Of a stretch of 64,000 nucleotides of DNA, positions 13,236-52,775 are shown in pieces. The DNA is from Amoebidium appalachense (taxonomy: Eukaryota > Protista > Ichthyosporea): the NCBI GenBank assembly GCA_963693365.1, contig CAVNZM010000017.1, forward strand, positions 2,967,527-3,031,526, given 5' to 3'. A model generated the notes under the pieces. That model worked only from the letters and a program-made list of their open reading frames with translations. It ran no database searches and was not told the origin of the DNA. Each line of letters opens with the position of its first letter. Position 1 is the stretch's first letter. The translations under genes were made by a program, and so were the position numbers.

Positions 13236-13713
13236 CATCGAGACAGAAGACACTTGAACAGAGCCCATCGGGGGGGGAGGGGTTATCATCGAGACATGTA
13301 TAGTGTGTTTCATCTTATTTCTTTGGTCGTTTGGTCGTAAGTGACGCCACCAGGGCGATCCAAGTTCGTGAAAATTGTTAATGTTAAAACAAAACACCAA
13401 TGGTGTAAAGGAATTTGAGAAAACCGGTTTTCGATTATGGGATTTCGACTAGGGGTTCACTTACATCCGATAAAATACAGATTGCACTAGCTAATTGAGT
13501 TTTTTTGCATAACAAAGCCGTGTCTGCCTTCTTTTTTTTGGTGTCTGCCTTCTTTTTTTTTGGTGTATGTGTGTGTGTGTGTGCGCGCGCCGTTTCAATA
13601 TTCTGGCGAAGCAAACGAGAAAAGCATGCCAAAACACTTCTGCATACTCGCATATTTGAATCACGCAAGTTTCACTAGAATCTAATTAGAGCTCATCCCA
13701 CCGATCTGATTGG

Positions 13714-15337
13714 CTACCGCATCAGATCGCCGCTCGACATACCGCTACCGTTAGCGACCGTAAAATCGGTCCCGTTCTGTGACGTCGCCGCCACAGAGAA
13801 ATTCATTGATTCGCTCTCAGGGACGGGGTCTTTCTGGCCGTCCTCGCATTTAGGAAGAGCCCAGAATCGATTTTTCAGATCGAGGAAAACGCTGTATCTG
13901 CGGCGGAAAAAGACGGTGGCGAAATTTTCCGACCGATCGATCGCCTTGACCTTGTGCTCGCGGATCGTCTGGTCGACGACATCCATCTCGTCTGGGATGG
14001 TCTGCTTGGCGGTTGCCTGTGTGTGTGTGTGTGTGTGTGCGCGGGGGGGGGGGGGGGGGGGGGGGTCAGTTAGAATGATTGCCGTGTGTGTGTTCGTGTC
14101 GATAGTTATTAAACCTTATGTTAAACCGAGGAGTCCGGCCAAATCGACACGAACACAGTGTAGGCGTGACACACACGCATACACTATCAATCGACACGAA
14201 CACAGTGTAGGCGTGACACACACGCATACACTATCAAGGAGCCGGAAATATATTGCACAAGGAGTCCGGCCATAGGAAATGTGAAAATACAATTTAATCA
14301 ACGGGAGAGAGGCACCGGTGCGTGTGTGCCACTGATGTACAATCACACATGTAGGCCAGCAGGCAGACAGGCATGTGGGGACAGTTGTGTGTGCGTGTGC
14401 GTGTGTGTGCGTGTATTTTTTCTTTTCCTTTTTCGATGGGAGGGGGGTGTAGCATACATTAAGTGCGAGAGATGTGTTCTCCAGTGCTTGCTCCATGCGC
14501 AGATACCACGACACAGGCACATTCTTGGCACGTGCATCCTTGGCGGGCAGTGACAGCTCATAGTAGAGGCTGCTGGCACGTTCGATAGTGACCTCGGTCT
14601 TCTTCTGCCCGTCCTTACCGTCTCGGCAACGCACGGCTCCAATCTCCTGTGAGTGTGCATGTGTGTATACGTGTATACGTGTGTGTGTGTGTGTGTGTGT
14701 ATGTAAATGTGTGTGTGTGTGGTTGCAGATGCAGATGCATTTGAGGCCCTGTGTGTATGTGTGTGTGTTTGGAATAAGATAAAACAATGTTAGGCGATCT
14801 TCCACACCTCCACTCACAATGTTAGGCGATCTTCCACACCTCCTACTCACCCAGGCAGAACACACACCTGACCGATTGCCTTATGGCTACCACTTCACCC
14901 CCAATGCACTTTTTCCCGATACACGCACAATTTTTCTTGCGTGTACCCCCCCCCCCCCCCCCCCCCTCCTCCCCTTCACGCATTATTTCCTGGTTTGGAA
15001 TCTCGGTTTTAGGCTATCCCTATCACGTCCACAACACGCATTATTTCCTGGTTTGGAATCTCGGTTTTAGGCTATCCCTATCACGTCCACAACACACGTA
15101 CCTTATGCAGTTCGACAATGGGCAGAATCTCCTGAGCGAGCAACTGCTGCATCTGGGTTTCGGTTGCAGACATATTTCTCACGATCGCAGTTTCGAATCG
15201 ATTTGCGTTCAGTTGTTTGGCTTGGGTGGCCAAAAACGCGGTCATGGTTTCGTTGACCATGGGGTAGATGGGGTTGGCGCGAAGGGTCACCTGGTTACTG
15301 CTGCCAAAGAGAACGGTTGCGGGCTTATCGGCTGTGT

Positions 15338-15383
<46 letters not shown>

Positions 15384-15410
15384 GAGAGAGAGAGAGGGGG
15401 GGGGGGGGGG

Positions 15411-15459
<49 letters not shown>

Positions 15460-16499
15460 GTTAGCGACAAATCGCAAGGGACATTGTGGAAAAAAGCACA
15501 TAAACACGTGTGCACATAAACACGTGTGCACATGCAAAGCATTCACAACCATACACATTTGTGCACACGTGTTTATGTAAAGCATTCACAACCATACACA
15601 TGTGCACACGTGTTTATGTAAAGCATTCACAACCACACACAATTCTACTTAAGCGTGTCTGCGTGTGTGCGTGTGCACGCGTGTGAGTGAACACGCCCAC
15701 ACACAACCTTGTGCGTCTGTGTGAACAGTAGCTGGGGCCGTGACCGAGTTATTTATCTCAAATCTCCTCTACTCGTGAACAGTAGCTGTGTGAACGATGT
15801 GCTCTGTGTGAACAGTAGCTGGGGCCGTGACCGAGTTATTTATCTCAAATCTCCTCTACTCGTGAACAGTAGCTGTGTGAACGATGTGCATGTGTCCGCA
15901 TGGAGGAAAGGTAAAAATTGTGGATAAGGGAATGGAGGTGGAGGTGGAGGAGGAGGAGGAGGAGGAGGGGGGGGGGGGGGGGGGGGGGGGGGGAAGCAGA
16001 AACACGCACCAGACACAGGCACATCTCTCGTCCTGTCCAACCCGTACACCTCCTCCACCCCCTCCCCGGCCATCTGCAGAGGGTCGGACCCATCCTTGCG
16101 TGTCACGCGGCTAATCTTAGCAACGCACGTGTCGTTTCCGCTCACGTGCACCGCATAGACTTTTCCAGCGCGATATTCCGTCACGCCGACCAATCCGCAC
16201 GTGTCTCTCTTCATTCTGTCGTTATACAGCACCTGAAGATCATCCATTTTGTATGTGTACACGGGCATGGATGTGTAGTTTGTGATGTAGCCGAGGACAG
16301 AGTCCACCCAGAGGGTGAGCAGAGTGACGTTTTTGCCGTTGTGGTCGAAGAATTTCAGGTTAGCCTGCATCAAGAAAAATGGGGGGGGGGGGGTTAGTGT
16401 GCGAAACAATTGGTTTGTTGATGAAAAAAGAAATGTTTGTTGTGTGGCAGATGCTGATGTGATGGGAGTGAGAACATTCGGAAAGGGAGGGTGTAGGGG

Positions 16500-16539
<40 letters not shown>

Positions 16540-16559
16540 GATAATGCCGGCCCAACACA

Positions 16560-16595
<36 letters not shown>

Positions 16596-17706
16596 AATGA
16601 GGTTTACCTGGTGGAACATGTAGGGGTCATGCCTCCACGCCAGCAAATTGCGCACCACCTCGAACCCCTCAATCTCCAAAATATCCTCGAGCGTGAGTCT
16701 ACGGGGATACTTGAAGGTGGTTGTGTTGCACTTCCACGGGAAAGTCACCTCTCCCGTGCGATTGAACCCCACGCATTTTGGTCCGTAAATTGAAGAATGC
16801 TCCCACGAACTTTCCTCGGCGGTTGAGACATCAAAGTAAATTCGGGTCGCCTGGCGGGGGATAACAAGAACGGATCGGTTCTTGTGGTCGCGGGCCGGGC
16901 TGGGGAAGGCGTGGTACGGGTTGGGGGGCGCGAGGTCTTTGCGGGAGTTGTCACCAACGGTGTTGTTGATGCCGGCGTCCCACATGGCCTGAAATTGCGA
17001 AATTATGGTTAGGTATTTAGGACACCGTACAGTATAGCACAAAAATATCAAATCTACTTCATAGTTAGGCCTGTTGTACCAGCTGCAGGCCTGAAATTGC
17101 GAAATTATGGTTAGGTATTTAGGACACCGTACAGTATAGCACAAAACTATCAAATCTACATCATCGTTAGGCCTGTTGTACCAGCTGCAGTATAGTTGTT
17201 TCGTGAGGAGGAGAAGCGGGGAATGGGGTTGCAGCCATTGTCTCGTACCCTCTTTGTGCACATCCACTCGGTAATCCTCCCCTCCCTCCCACACACCCAC
17301 ACCCACCCACCCACATACACACCTGAATGGAGTCAGTCAAGTTCAACCCAGAGATACGGGGTGTGACCAGCGAATGCTGAGAATACGTGGGCCAGTGGGC
17401 AAACATATCCGTCGGAACATTCTCGTAAAGAACATTTTCGGCAAACCACTCATTTTTCTGCAAATCCCACAGCGTGTCGTTGTACTGTGTATTCCCTTTA
17501 AGGTTGCAGTTGCTGTTGTAGCAGTACATGTCGAGGTGTGACCACGTGTGAGACAGCCAGAAGAAGTAGTCGCGGATTTCGTTGATACCGACGTTGACGG
17601 AGTCCTGAATGGGTTAAGGAATGGGGGGAGAAAGGGTTAGAATTTATTAAAAAAAAGAACGAATACAAATTCATAACGGACATAACAATGTAGGTTTTGC
17701 AGAGCT

Positions 17707-17743
<37 letters not shown>

Positions 17744-20100
17744 CCCCGCAAAAAAAACTTTTCCCCACCCACAAAACACTTACCCTTTGGTACTCGTTTG
17801 CAAACCAGCCGAGACCATTGAAGGCCAACTGAACAACAAAGCGGCTGCCGGGGACACGCTTGGTGTTGACGTCGAGCTGGTATCTGCGGGGGAGAAGGCG
17901 GAGAGGGGGGAGGGGGGGGGGGGGGGTTAGCATGTGTAGTAGAGTAGGGAGCGCATACATGACGGACTACACAGCACAGATATTGCACACAAAAAATGCA
18001 CGGGAGTCAGCGTTGTGTTTGTGTGTTGTACTTTGGTGTGTTGTGTGTTGTACTTTGGTGTGTGTTTACCATACCTGTCCCTGTCCCTCTGCCCCAAGTG
18101 CACAGCCCTTTAAATAATTCCTGTATATACATAGCACCATTTCGGAACAAACACACACGTTCGCGTCTGCTAAAATCCTAAAATCCGGATTTACAATTTA
18201 TACACCATAGAATAGGAGTAGAGGAGAGAAGAGACACGTTCGCGTCTGCTAAAATCCTAAAATCCGGATTTACAATTTATACACCATAAAATAGGAGTAG
18301 AGGAGAGAAGAGATGAGAAAGGTGCTGTACCCCGCCCTGCGTCCCAGATTGCCCTCTTTTGGAGATGTGAGTTCGAGTCACACACGTTCGCGAACAACGT
18401 TCTTACACACACACACACACACACACACTTACTTGTGCAGTTGGCGGTAATCCTCCAAGCTCGTGCGGTAGGCGGGCTCAGACTCATCCGCCGGTCGGTT
18501 ATATGTGGTATTGTACACTCTGGTAGATAGGAAAATATCATCCACCTGTGTGTCCAAAAGCAGCCGCCTCTGGCCCAACCACAGACCTCTCACCGCCCAC
18601 TGAAGCCAAACATTCGCCAAAACAAAACCATGGTGCCCGTACTGATTGGAGTTGATAAGGAAATGCATCTCCTCCCGCCCGTCAACTTCGCGCACGACGG
18701 CCCCCACCCAGTTAGGGTTGGAAACCATGTTTTCGTCCTGGTTCGACGAACAGTTGACGGTGTTTTCGAGCGTGATGGAGCGCGTTGTGTCGGAGGAATT
18801 CGTCACGTTAAGGGTAGCGTTGCAGGCAGGGTTAAGGATGGGCTTGGTTGGGTTAATGTACAGGAACGGTTTCACGTTGGTGACGTTCGGCCGGAGGAAG
18901 GCGGGATTCCACCAATAGCTGGTGAATACAAACTCGCTCACCTGTCCCACCTTAAACACAGCGTCCTGTTTAATGTTTGCAAGAAGCTCCGACGTGTAGT
19001 TGTCCTTTCCGAAGGTCAGAATAGCATTACCCGTCATGCCCTTCTCGAACCCTGGTGCGGGGCGCAGGCCCGGATCGGCGCCGGGGGTTGATTGGAGGGA
19101 GACGATGCGCACGCTGTATCTGTAAGGGGAGAGAAAAATACTATGTTAACGAAAGTCGTCCGTGGTGACTGGTTTCATCCAGAATATCATAGGGTTAAGG
19201 AAACAAGGGAGGCCTCAAAAAGGTCAAGGGGCGGGGGGGGGGGGGGGGGGGGGGGGGGTAAGAGGGGGAAAGAGAGAGAGGGGAAGAAGAATTTTCTTTT
19301 AAAAAGGATTGTTGTTGTTGTTGGGGGGGGGGGGGGGGGGGGGGGGCAGGAAGAAAATCACGTAAGAAGTTACAACGGGTGATCTAATGTGGATATGGAA
19401 GGAAGGTACGGAGCATGCAACACTATCTTTGTTTTATTTTTGGAGGGAGGGGGGGAGGTAGGGGAGGGCCGGCCTGGGAAACGGAAAGTTGGGAGGCTTT
19501 GTTTGGGCATTCATGCTTATTGTGTTCTTGTACAGATGATGTGTGCTGTATGTATGTGTGTTGCTGGATGTTAGGGGCAGGGAAATGTATGTGTATAGCC
19601 AGTCAAGGAGGGGTGGTGGGGAGTGTGGGTATTTACTTTGAGGCATAGCTGTACAGCCTCTTCCACGACTCGCGTGAAAGCGTGCTTGTCCATGTCCCAT
19701 TTGCCTGGGGGTAGCCGAGGGTAGCTGACTGAAGCACGATGGAATTGTACTGCGCAACACCCTTATCGTCCACCAGCGTGCTGATAAACTTGTTGTCCGG
19801 GTCTGTGAGCGAGCCGTTAACGAAAAGCTCAATCGCGGTGAATGGGTGCCCGTACGCGTTCATAATTGTCTTTGGGAGGACGGAGAGGGTTGGGTCGGAG
19901 GAGAGGAGAAGTGTCCTCATGGTGATGTTAAAGTCTTGCATGCGATGTGGTGGCGGCGCCGTGAGGTTGAATGCTGGTGGTGTGGTCGCATTTTGCGCGC
20001 TCTGACGACTTATACGGTGAACGGTTGGTGCCGACAGTGTGAGTTGCAAGGAGAGGAAGAGGGAGAGGAGGGCCACAAGGCCACTCCTTGAGAACGACAT
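13714..20100 (-). CDS. agd3: Secreted Agd3-like carbohydrate deacetylase (CE18 / galactosaminogalactan deacetylase family) with C-terminal extension, 996 aa, 9 exons
   Basis: GT-AG exons 20100-19637, 19119-18433, 17883-17784, 17604-17323, 16988-16608, 16364-16010, 15331-15102, 14646-14458 and 14016-13714 total 2991 nt with an open frame. Signal peptide MSFSRSGLVALLSLFLSLQLTLS. Agd3-type motifs DGREEMHF, WAVRGLWLGQRR, TQVDDIFL (catalytic DD), LAFNG, WLSHTWSH (metal-binding HxxxH), TPRISGL, VGDNSR, IPRQATRIYFD and HDPYMFHQANL. Confidence 0.85.
16987..17190. repeat. Two-copy 102-bp tandem duplication that includes the 3' splice site of agd3 intron 4
   Basis: GCCTGAAATTGCGAAATTATGGTTAGGTATTTAGGACACCGTACAG... 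starts at 16987 and 17089. Confidence 0.9.
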
Positions 20101-21588
20101 GGTGCTGCTCTGTGTGTGTTATCTTTCTGAGTGTGAAGGAGTAGAAAAGGGTCCAAAAAACGAACGGAATTGGGATTCGTTTGATGCAAGAAAAACCTCT
20201 TTAAAGAGTCGAATTTGTCCGTACGCAGTGGTAATCGAAGGGCTTCTCCCCGTTCTGTGTAGAAATGCCCGCGCTCAAGGCCTTGTTGTTGAAGTAAATC
20301 AGGGCTCTTTGCCGAGTGTCGCGCAAGGGCGAAACGAAACGTGGGTAAGATAGAAACGGAGACAGAACCGACACTAGGGCATGGGCGTAAGCCGGGAAGT
20401 AAATCAGAGTATGAAATAAATAAATAAAAAAAATGAGCGAGATGTGTGTGCACGGGCGCTTACTGAACATGAGGAAGGCAGGTGGTCGTCTTTTTGTTCG
20501 AGACTGTGCGACTCGCCGATCATGTGGCACGTGAGGCGTGCAAACTTTTCCATGAGCCGCTCACGCCGCAAGGCCTTTGGCACTGGGGTTTATACTTGCT
20601 GTTCCTTGATAAATAAACCTCATTTTAAACAAGAACAAAATGTCCCATGTTTCTATAATAATACTAGCTACCAGAAAAAAAGAACCAAATATTGGGCTAT
20701 GCTGGTAGAATCTTCTCTTTTTGAGTGAGACTCACGAATCCTATACCTTCTGATTTGCATCGCTCCCAAGACTTGTAGTTCGTAGATCACCTGCTTTCCG
20801 ATTCGTTGAAACAGCACCCACACTCACACGCGATTGGTCAAAAGCATAGTCTACCTATGCGGAGGTGGGGCGCTTGTCCATACAGGTGCAGGAATGTGCA
20901 ATTTGATGGGAAAAAATTCCCAAACAAATAAAGTTAACGGTACAGATATAGAAATAAAATACCAAAAAACTTTTATCAAAATAAGTATCCTTATCAAATG
21001 TTAAATCTTTGTCAATATTCATTTTTTGTTGACGATTCGCCTCTAACTTTAAGTCAGTAATAGAACTTAGAATTACCGTAAGATCCAGGTTCTACTCTAG
21101 TTTAGTATACGCTAAAATACATTATTCTGCCCCAAAACTCTAGGGTGATCTGTTAAGCTCATATAACCTGCATTTTGATTGGTCATATGCTTACCGTTAC
21201 CCAATCAAAAGCACTACTGGCACCGTTTAAAACTTGATTGGCCCAAACAATCTACTTGGGCCTGGGCACGTTTGGCGAGTCTGTGAAAAAATTATGAATG
21301 CCTGGGAGAAACTGAAATCATTGCATCTCTCAGCGGGAGGTTTTTACGCGCCAAAAAAAAAGTTTTTATAAAACAATAAAAAAGTAGGAATATATAGGCG
21401 GTAGTAAAACACCATCTTTATTGAACCGGTGGGAGTCAGTTCAACACAAACATCTGTGCATAGTTACACAAGCGCACCTTTCCTTTGTAAGAGCATTTCA
21501 TTTCATGCTTGGTACTACCTTTTTTTCAACGGCTTGGCAAAGCAGATTCATTTTGCTTAGTTACAGGCGACACTTCTTCAAAACCAAA

Positions 21589-31754
<10,166 letters not shown>

Positions 31755-32479
31755 CATCCATTATAACTGTTAAGAATCTTTGGCATGGTGGGTAGTGAGG
31801 CTAGTTCTTTTTGTTTTTCCCTCCCTCTCTTCTCTCTCGATCTATTTTTCATTCGATTTCTTCATTCGCTCTTCCCCCCCCCCCCTCCCCCCCCCCCCCC
31901 CACGCCCTCCCCACTCCGTCTCTCCCTTCCTCTCTTCCCCTTTCTCTTCTCTCTCTGTGTCCGTGTGTGTTTGGTGGGGAGGGACGGGGGAGGTGGAGGA
32001 GGGGGGAGGATATGAAGTTGAATTAAAGTTCACGGCAACCAAGTGAAAATCTAAATCGTCAAAACGTAAGCACCACACACCAGATTCGTTAGTGCCCGTA
32101 GGGTTTCTATACCTTATTGCTATTGTAGGATGTGACATTGCGCCATTTATCATCGACATACGTCATTTGGGTAATGCCTGTGCCACCACCAGGCCAACAG
32201 TACTTCCGACCAATAATGAGAGATGGTAGATCGTGGTTAGGAGGTATTTCATAAACCGTCAAGGGAAGATACGACGTTATTTTTTGTGTGTGGGGTGGTG
32301 TCTTTTGTTTTCATTTTTATTTATATACTTGTACTCAAGTGTATGCTATCTGATATGGGCTGTCAGAAATCATGAGATCAACCCGGTGGCTGGGCTGCCG
32401 AGGCAAACTGGCGGTGGTGAATGAATGTAATAAAGAGATGTGGTGCACCTCTTTGTATCTGCGCCTGTATGGCCTATGG

Positions 32480-32533
<54 letters not shown>

Positions 32534-32611
32534 TTTAGATGGGGAAGTAGATGACGCGGAGTGGTAGTTTATGTGTGTGTGTGTGTGTGTGTGTGTGCTC
32601 GCGTGCGTGTG

Positions 32612-32656
<45 letters not shown>

Positions 32657-33631
32657 GTGTGCGTGCGTGTGCGTGTGCGTGCGTGCGTGCGTGTGTGTGC
32701 GTGCGTGTGTGTGTATGTGCACGCCGCACGCTCGCTGTGTGCGAAGGCGCACAGGTGTGTTTATGTGTTTTGTGTTTGCGTGAAGGGGTCGTAGTATGCC
32801 AGCTGGTCTGCGTACAATCAGATTTCTGTGTGTGTGTGTGGTGTATTGCATGAATCGGGACTTGAGGGAGCACAAAAAAGGCTTAATGCCGAGCAATCAT
32901 AATCCATGGAGACGTTGGGTGTACCCACAACTGTTCCACAATCACACGCCCAAAAAATAAAGGTATTGATATCGATAGTTGCCGTGTCACAGTTTATTTT
33001 TGGGTCCGCAAGACAACTTCGCCGCAGCTTTGAACTGTGCTGGCGTCCCCTTAGTGAGGATGAGGAGGGCTAATCCTCAGGTGCAAAAGACGTCTCACGA
33101 GCCTCTTTGCTGCAGCAAATGTTCGGATCGCATTTGTGTGGACCCCTATTTTTCGTTGCCCATAAACTTCGTCGAGTTGAATTATGTAATAGGATTCTTT
33201 CACATGTTGTTCAGGTATCAGTCCTAGATATGTGTGGCTTCCTTTGGCTGCCATGTACACTAGTACTCGTAAAGTCTTTCTCTTGCCTCGTATTAGTAAG
33301 TGTGCAGTGCATACTTACATGAAACTCCATCGGTTGAACAAAACCAGTACGGCAAATGAAAAGACTGAAAACCTCGTGGTGTGTCATTCGCAGTTGGCCC
33401 ATGGCTTGCCATGTGTGGCCTCACCAGATTTCAGGGTATGTATGACTGTTGTCCTCTCCCCCCCCCCCCCCCCCCCTCCCCCCGCCCCCCCTCCCCTCCC
33501 CCCCCCCCCCCCCCTGGAGGTAAAACGAACGAAACATATCCTCCATCGGTCGAATACATTACGTCATGATATAAAGAAACAAAGAATAATGCCCGGCCCG
33601 GATTTTGTGTATTAATAATCAATATCGTTGT

Positions 33632-33683
<52 letters not shown>

Positions 33684-35179
33684 CTCCCCCACCCCGCCCA
33701 CCCCCCACCCACCCACCCACCTTCACCCCACCCCATCCCCCTCCCTCTCCTCTGTGTGTTCACTTCAAACCCCCCCCCCCCCCCCCCCCCTTCTCCTCCC
33801 CGCACACATCGATATCAATTTGAATCCTCCACTCCCCGGCACCATGCATATACCTTTCTCTCGCATACGGGGCCCACTCCAGACCTATTACAACTCCTTT
33901 ACCAGTCATTCCTTTGCGTCACGAAAAATGGGTGTAACAGTTCCGGTCTTGGATCATAGAACAAATTTCCGCACTAACTTTTTTAGAAGGGGATCTAGTT
34001 GCTTGGACGGCCAGAGTACTGTACATACTTGATAGGATTGATTGTCACTCGGTCACTCTGGCTATGTTGCTCATTATCTTTTTCTTTCCTTTCCTTTTCT
34101 CTTCTTTTTCATTAACGGGGGGGGGGGGGGGGGGGGAGGGGGGGGGGGGGGGCATGCATATGCACATGCTCTATCATAGCGACAGAGCAAAACAGGGAAG
34201 TGTGCTATAGCTATTGTCTAGATCTGAGCAACGAAGCCACTGTGACCATGAATAGATTTTAATTTTTTTAAATTTACCGGGCCGACATTGGTTGCAAGGG
34301 TGCGGTGCACGTAATAGCTTAGCCTATAGGGAACCACACCCCTTAGCAGATGTGCGATGGTGTGTCCACGTTGTGCGTGTGTGCAGATGTGTGTGACAGA
34401 TCTCGTGTGTGTATAGAAGGGGGAGGGGGAGGGGGGGAGGGGGGGGGGAGGAGGCGGAGGGGGGGGGAGGGTGGAGGGGACGGGCGGGCACAATTAGAGC
34501 TTTTTGATTTGGCAATTGCAATGGTGCGCCCTATCGTAATGTACTAACAGCGTGCATATGAATCCGATGTGTCCACCTGCGGATTACGTCCACACCGGAT
34601 ATTTGTGGGGGAGAAAAAAGATGTTTTTTGTTAAAATAAATTCGGATATACAGTTATGCCCATTTGAAATCATGGGCTACTGATACCTTGTGCTGACCTG
34701 CAGCAAATCCAGAGGCGAAGATTGGAAAACAAAAGACCCCTCCTGAGCAATCGGCCCCTAGGAGTGAGGGTTGTAAAATATATACATCCAGCCCAGTAGT
34801 CAACTTAACAACTAAAATTCTACATAAGAATCGGGCTGGGGATGTGTTTCCCTGAATCTTTTCTTGGATATGAACACATCTCCTAACTTCATTTGTCTTT
34901 GTCCTTGTTTTGAAATGACATGCAGAAAAACGCAAATGAAATCGAAGAGAAATTCCTAAAAACATAAAGTCAGCAGCGCCGCATGCATGCATCATGGCAC
35001 TGCAACTCGACTACAGCATAATACCATGATCAACAACCGATGAGGCTAGTCAAAATTCAACCTGATGACGTCATCAAAACGTCACTTGATCAGTCCCTAT
35101 CACAAATTACAAACGTAGCAAACGGCCAATCCCCCACCACCGCAAACCCAAGCAACAGATCGATATCCAATCTCCAATC

Positions 35180-40093
<4,914 letters not shown>

Positions 40094-40595
40094 GTTTGAA
40101 TCCTGGTTGGCTTTTGGGTGGTGATTACAACTGCTGCACGGGAAAAACTGCTTTTATATTTACTTTTCAACAACAGCGACAGAGAAAGATGTTTCTAAAG
40201 AAGCCTTTCAAGTCTTCCACCCAGTCTGAAACAGAGAAAGTAAACACAGCTGAGCGGCCATCTAGGCTACAAAATGTAGACTTATTTCCGCAGATAAATA
40301 ATTAATGTCAGATAAGTTGAGCTTAAGGATCTTTTTCGCTACGTCATCCATTGCAGATTAGACAAGCCCGCGGCTCATGCATATGGCTCACGATAAAAAG
40401 CTAAATTTTATGTTTGCAGTGGTTGACAGGTTGAGAGGGGCGCCGAGAGAGAGAGAAGAGAGAGTAAGAGAGATGAGTGAGAGAGAAAGCCGGAGAGTTT
40501 AAGATAGAGAGAGAGACAGAAAGAATGCCACGTTCATAGACCCACAGTTATCAACACAACATGTTAACTTCGGAACTTGCAATTGTAAAGCAAGG
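40094..40595. promoter_or_regulatory. Short head-to-head interval (probable bidirectional promoter) between ISOC and F-box gene copy 1
   Basis: Divergent ATGs at 40093 (-) and 40596 (+). Contains TACGTCA (~40340) and GGCTCA(T/C)G motifs (~40372, ~40385), and is duplicated at ~53563-53995. Confidence 0.5.
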
Positions 40596-45977
<5,382 letters not shown>

Positions 45978-46139
45978 ATGCACGTCGGACCCCCCTCCTG
46001 AAGGTCGAAGAATGGTGGAAATTTTAATGTGCTAGCCTAAGGTCGTTTTTTCTTGGGGAGGTCCTATAAGGCTGTGGTTTTGGTTTCCTGTTTTTTTTTG
46101 TTTTTTGCCTCCCCCTGTTTTTTCTTTTCTTTTTTTTGT

Positions 46140-46210
<71 letters not shown>

Positions 46211-46337
46211 CTTGAGTTTGGGTTGGGCTAAGGCTTTGTGATATGATAATGATGCTTTGATCTCGAGTGCTTTTTGGTTTTTCTTACTCTATCTCCTTGT
46301 TTTGCCCCGCCTGATGTGTGTATGTGTGTGGGTGTTT

Positions 46338-46388
<51 letters not shown>

Positions 46389-46469
46389 ACCTCAGTGTGT
46401 GAGCCTGTGTGCGTGCTTGTTGTGGGAACCCCGGGGGAGGGAAGACTTTTTTTTTTCTTTTTTTCTTTT

Positions 46470-46500
<31 letters not shown>

Positions 46501-46834
46501 GCTGCGCTCCGCTGCGTAGAATAATTGATAAATGAATTAGATGGTCAATACATGCTCGTCCCTTGTTCTGATTATCTACTGATCGATGGATGAATGATGA
46601 TTTTTAACCAGTAAATTGGCAATAATAAATATTAAATGAAGGCTCCAATAAATGCATCGGATGATGTGTGCACGTGCCAGTGGGCCGAGACACCGTGACA
46701 TACCTTAATTATATGCATAAGGATGAGCAAGTGTGCTCCTGTGAACATACATGCACTATATTATTATTGTAGGTCATAGACAAAATCAGGGATTACGGCA
46801 CACTGCGACTGCGTCATCGAGGCAGAAGACTCAG

Positions 46835-46973
46835 TGACGTCATCAAGCGGAAGATCGAGTTGCATGCGGCAGTCGACGCATGCGCAGCAGCAGCAGCACG
46901 GCTCATGAGCACGGCCCGTTGTTCAAGATGGCCGTGCTCATGACAAGGCCACCGAGGCCTTGGCTCATGAGCC
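46835..46973. promoter_or_regulatory. Candidate promoter of F-box copy 2: perfect CRE/ATF-like site, 14-bp inverted repeat and 12-bp palindrome
   Basis: TGACGTCA at 46835-46842; TCATGAGCACGGCC (46903-46916) pairs with GGCCGTGCTCATGA (46930-46943); GGCTCATGAGCC at 46962-46973; ATG at 47115. Confidence 0.4.
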
Positions 46974-47114
46974 TTACAAGGGCTCAACAGAGAGAGAGAA
47001 GAGAGAGAGAGAGTGAGAGAGAGAGAGAGAGAGAGAAGGAGAGAGGATGCTACAATATTAGGCCCACAGTGGACAACACAACGTGTTTACTTCGGGTCTA
47101 TTTGGAGTGTGAGG

Positions 47115-52775
<5,661 letters not shown>

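Noticed and set aside
12955-18312. Short direct repeats resembling CRISPR repeat-spacer units
   Set aside because: They are two-copy head-to-tail duplications with no unique spacers and no cas genes, in a spliceosomal-intron context.
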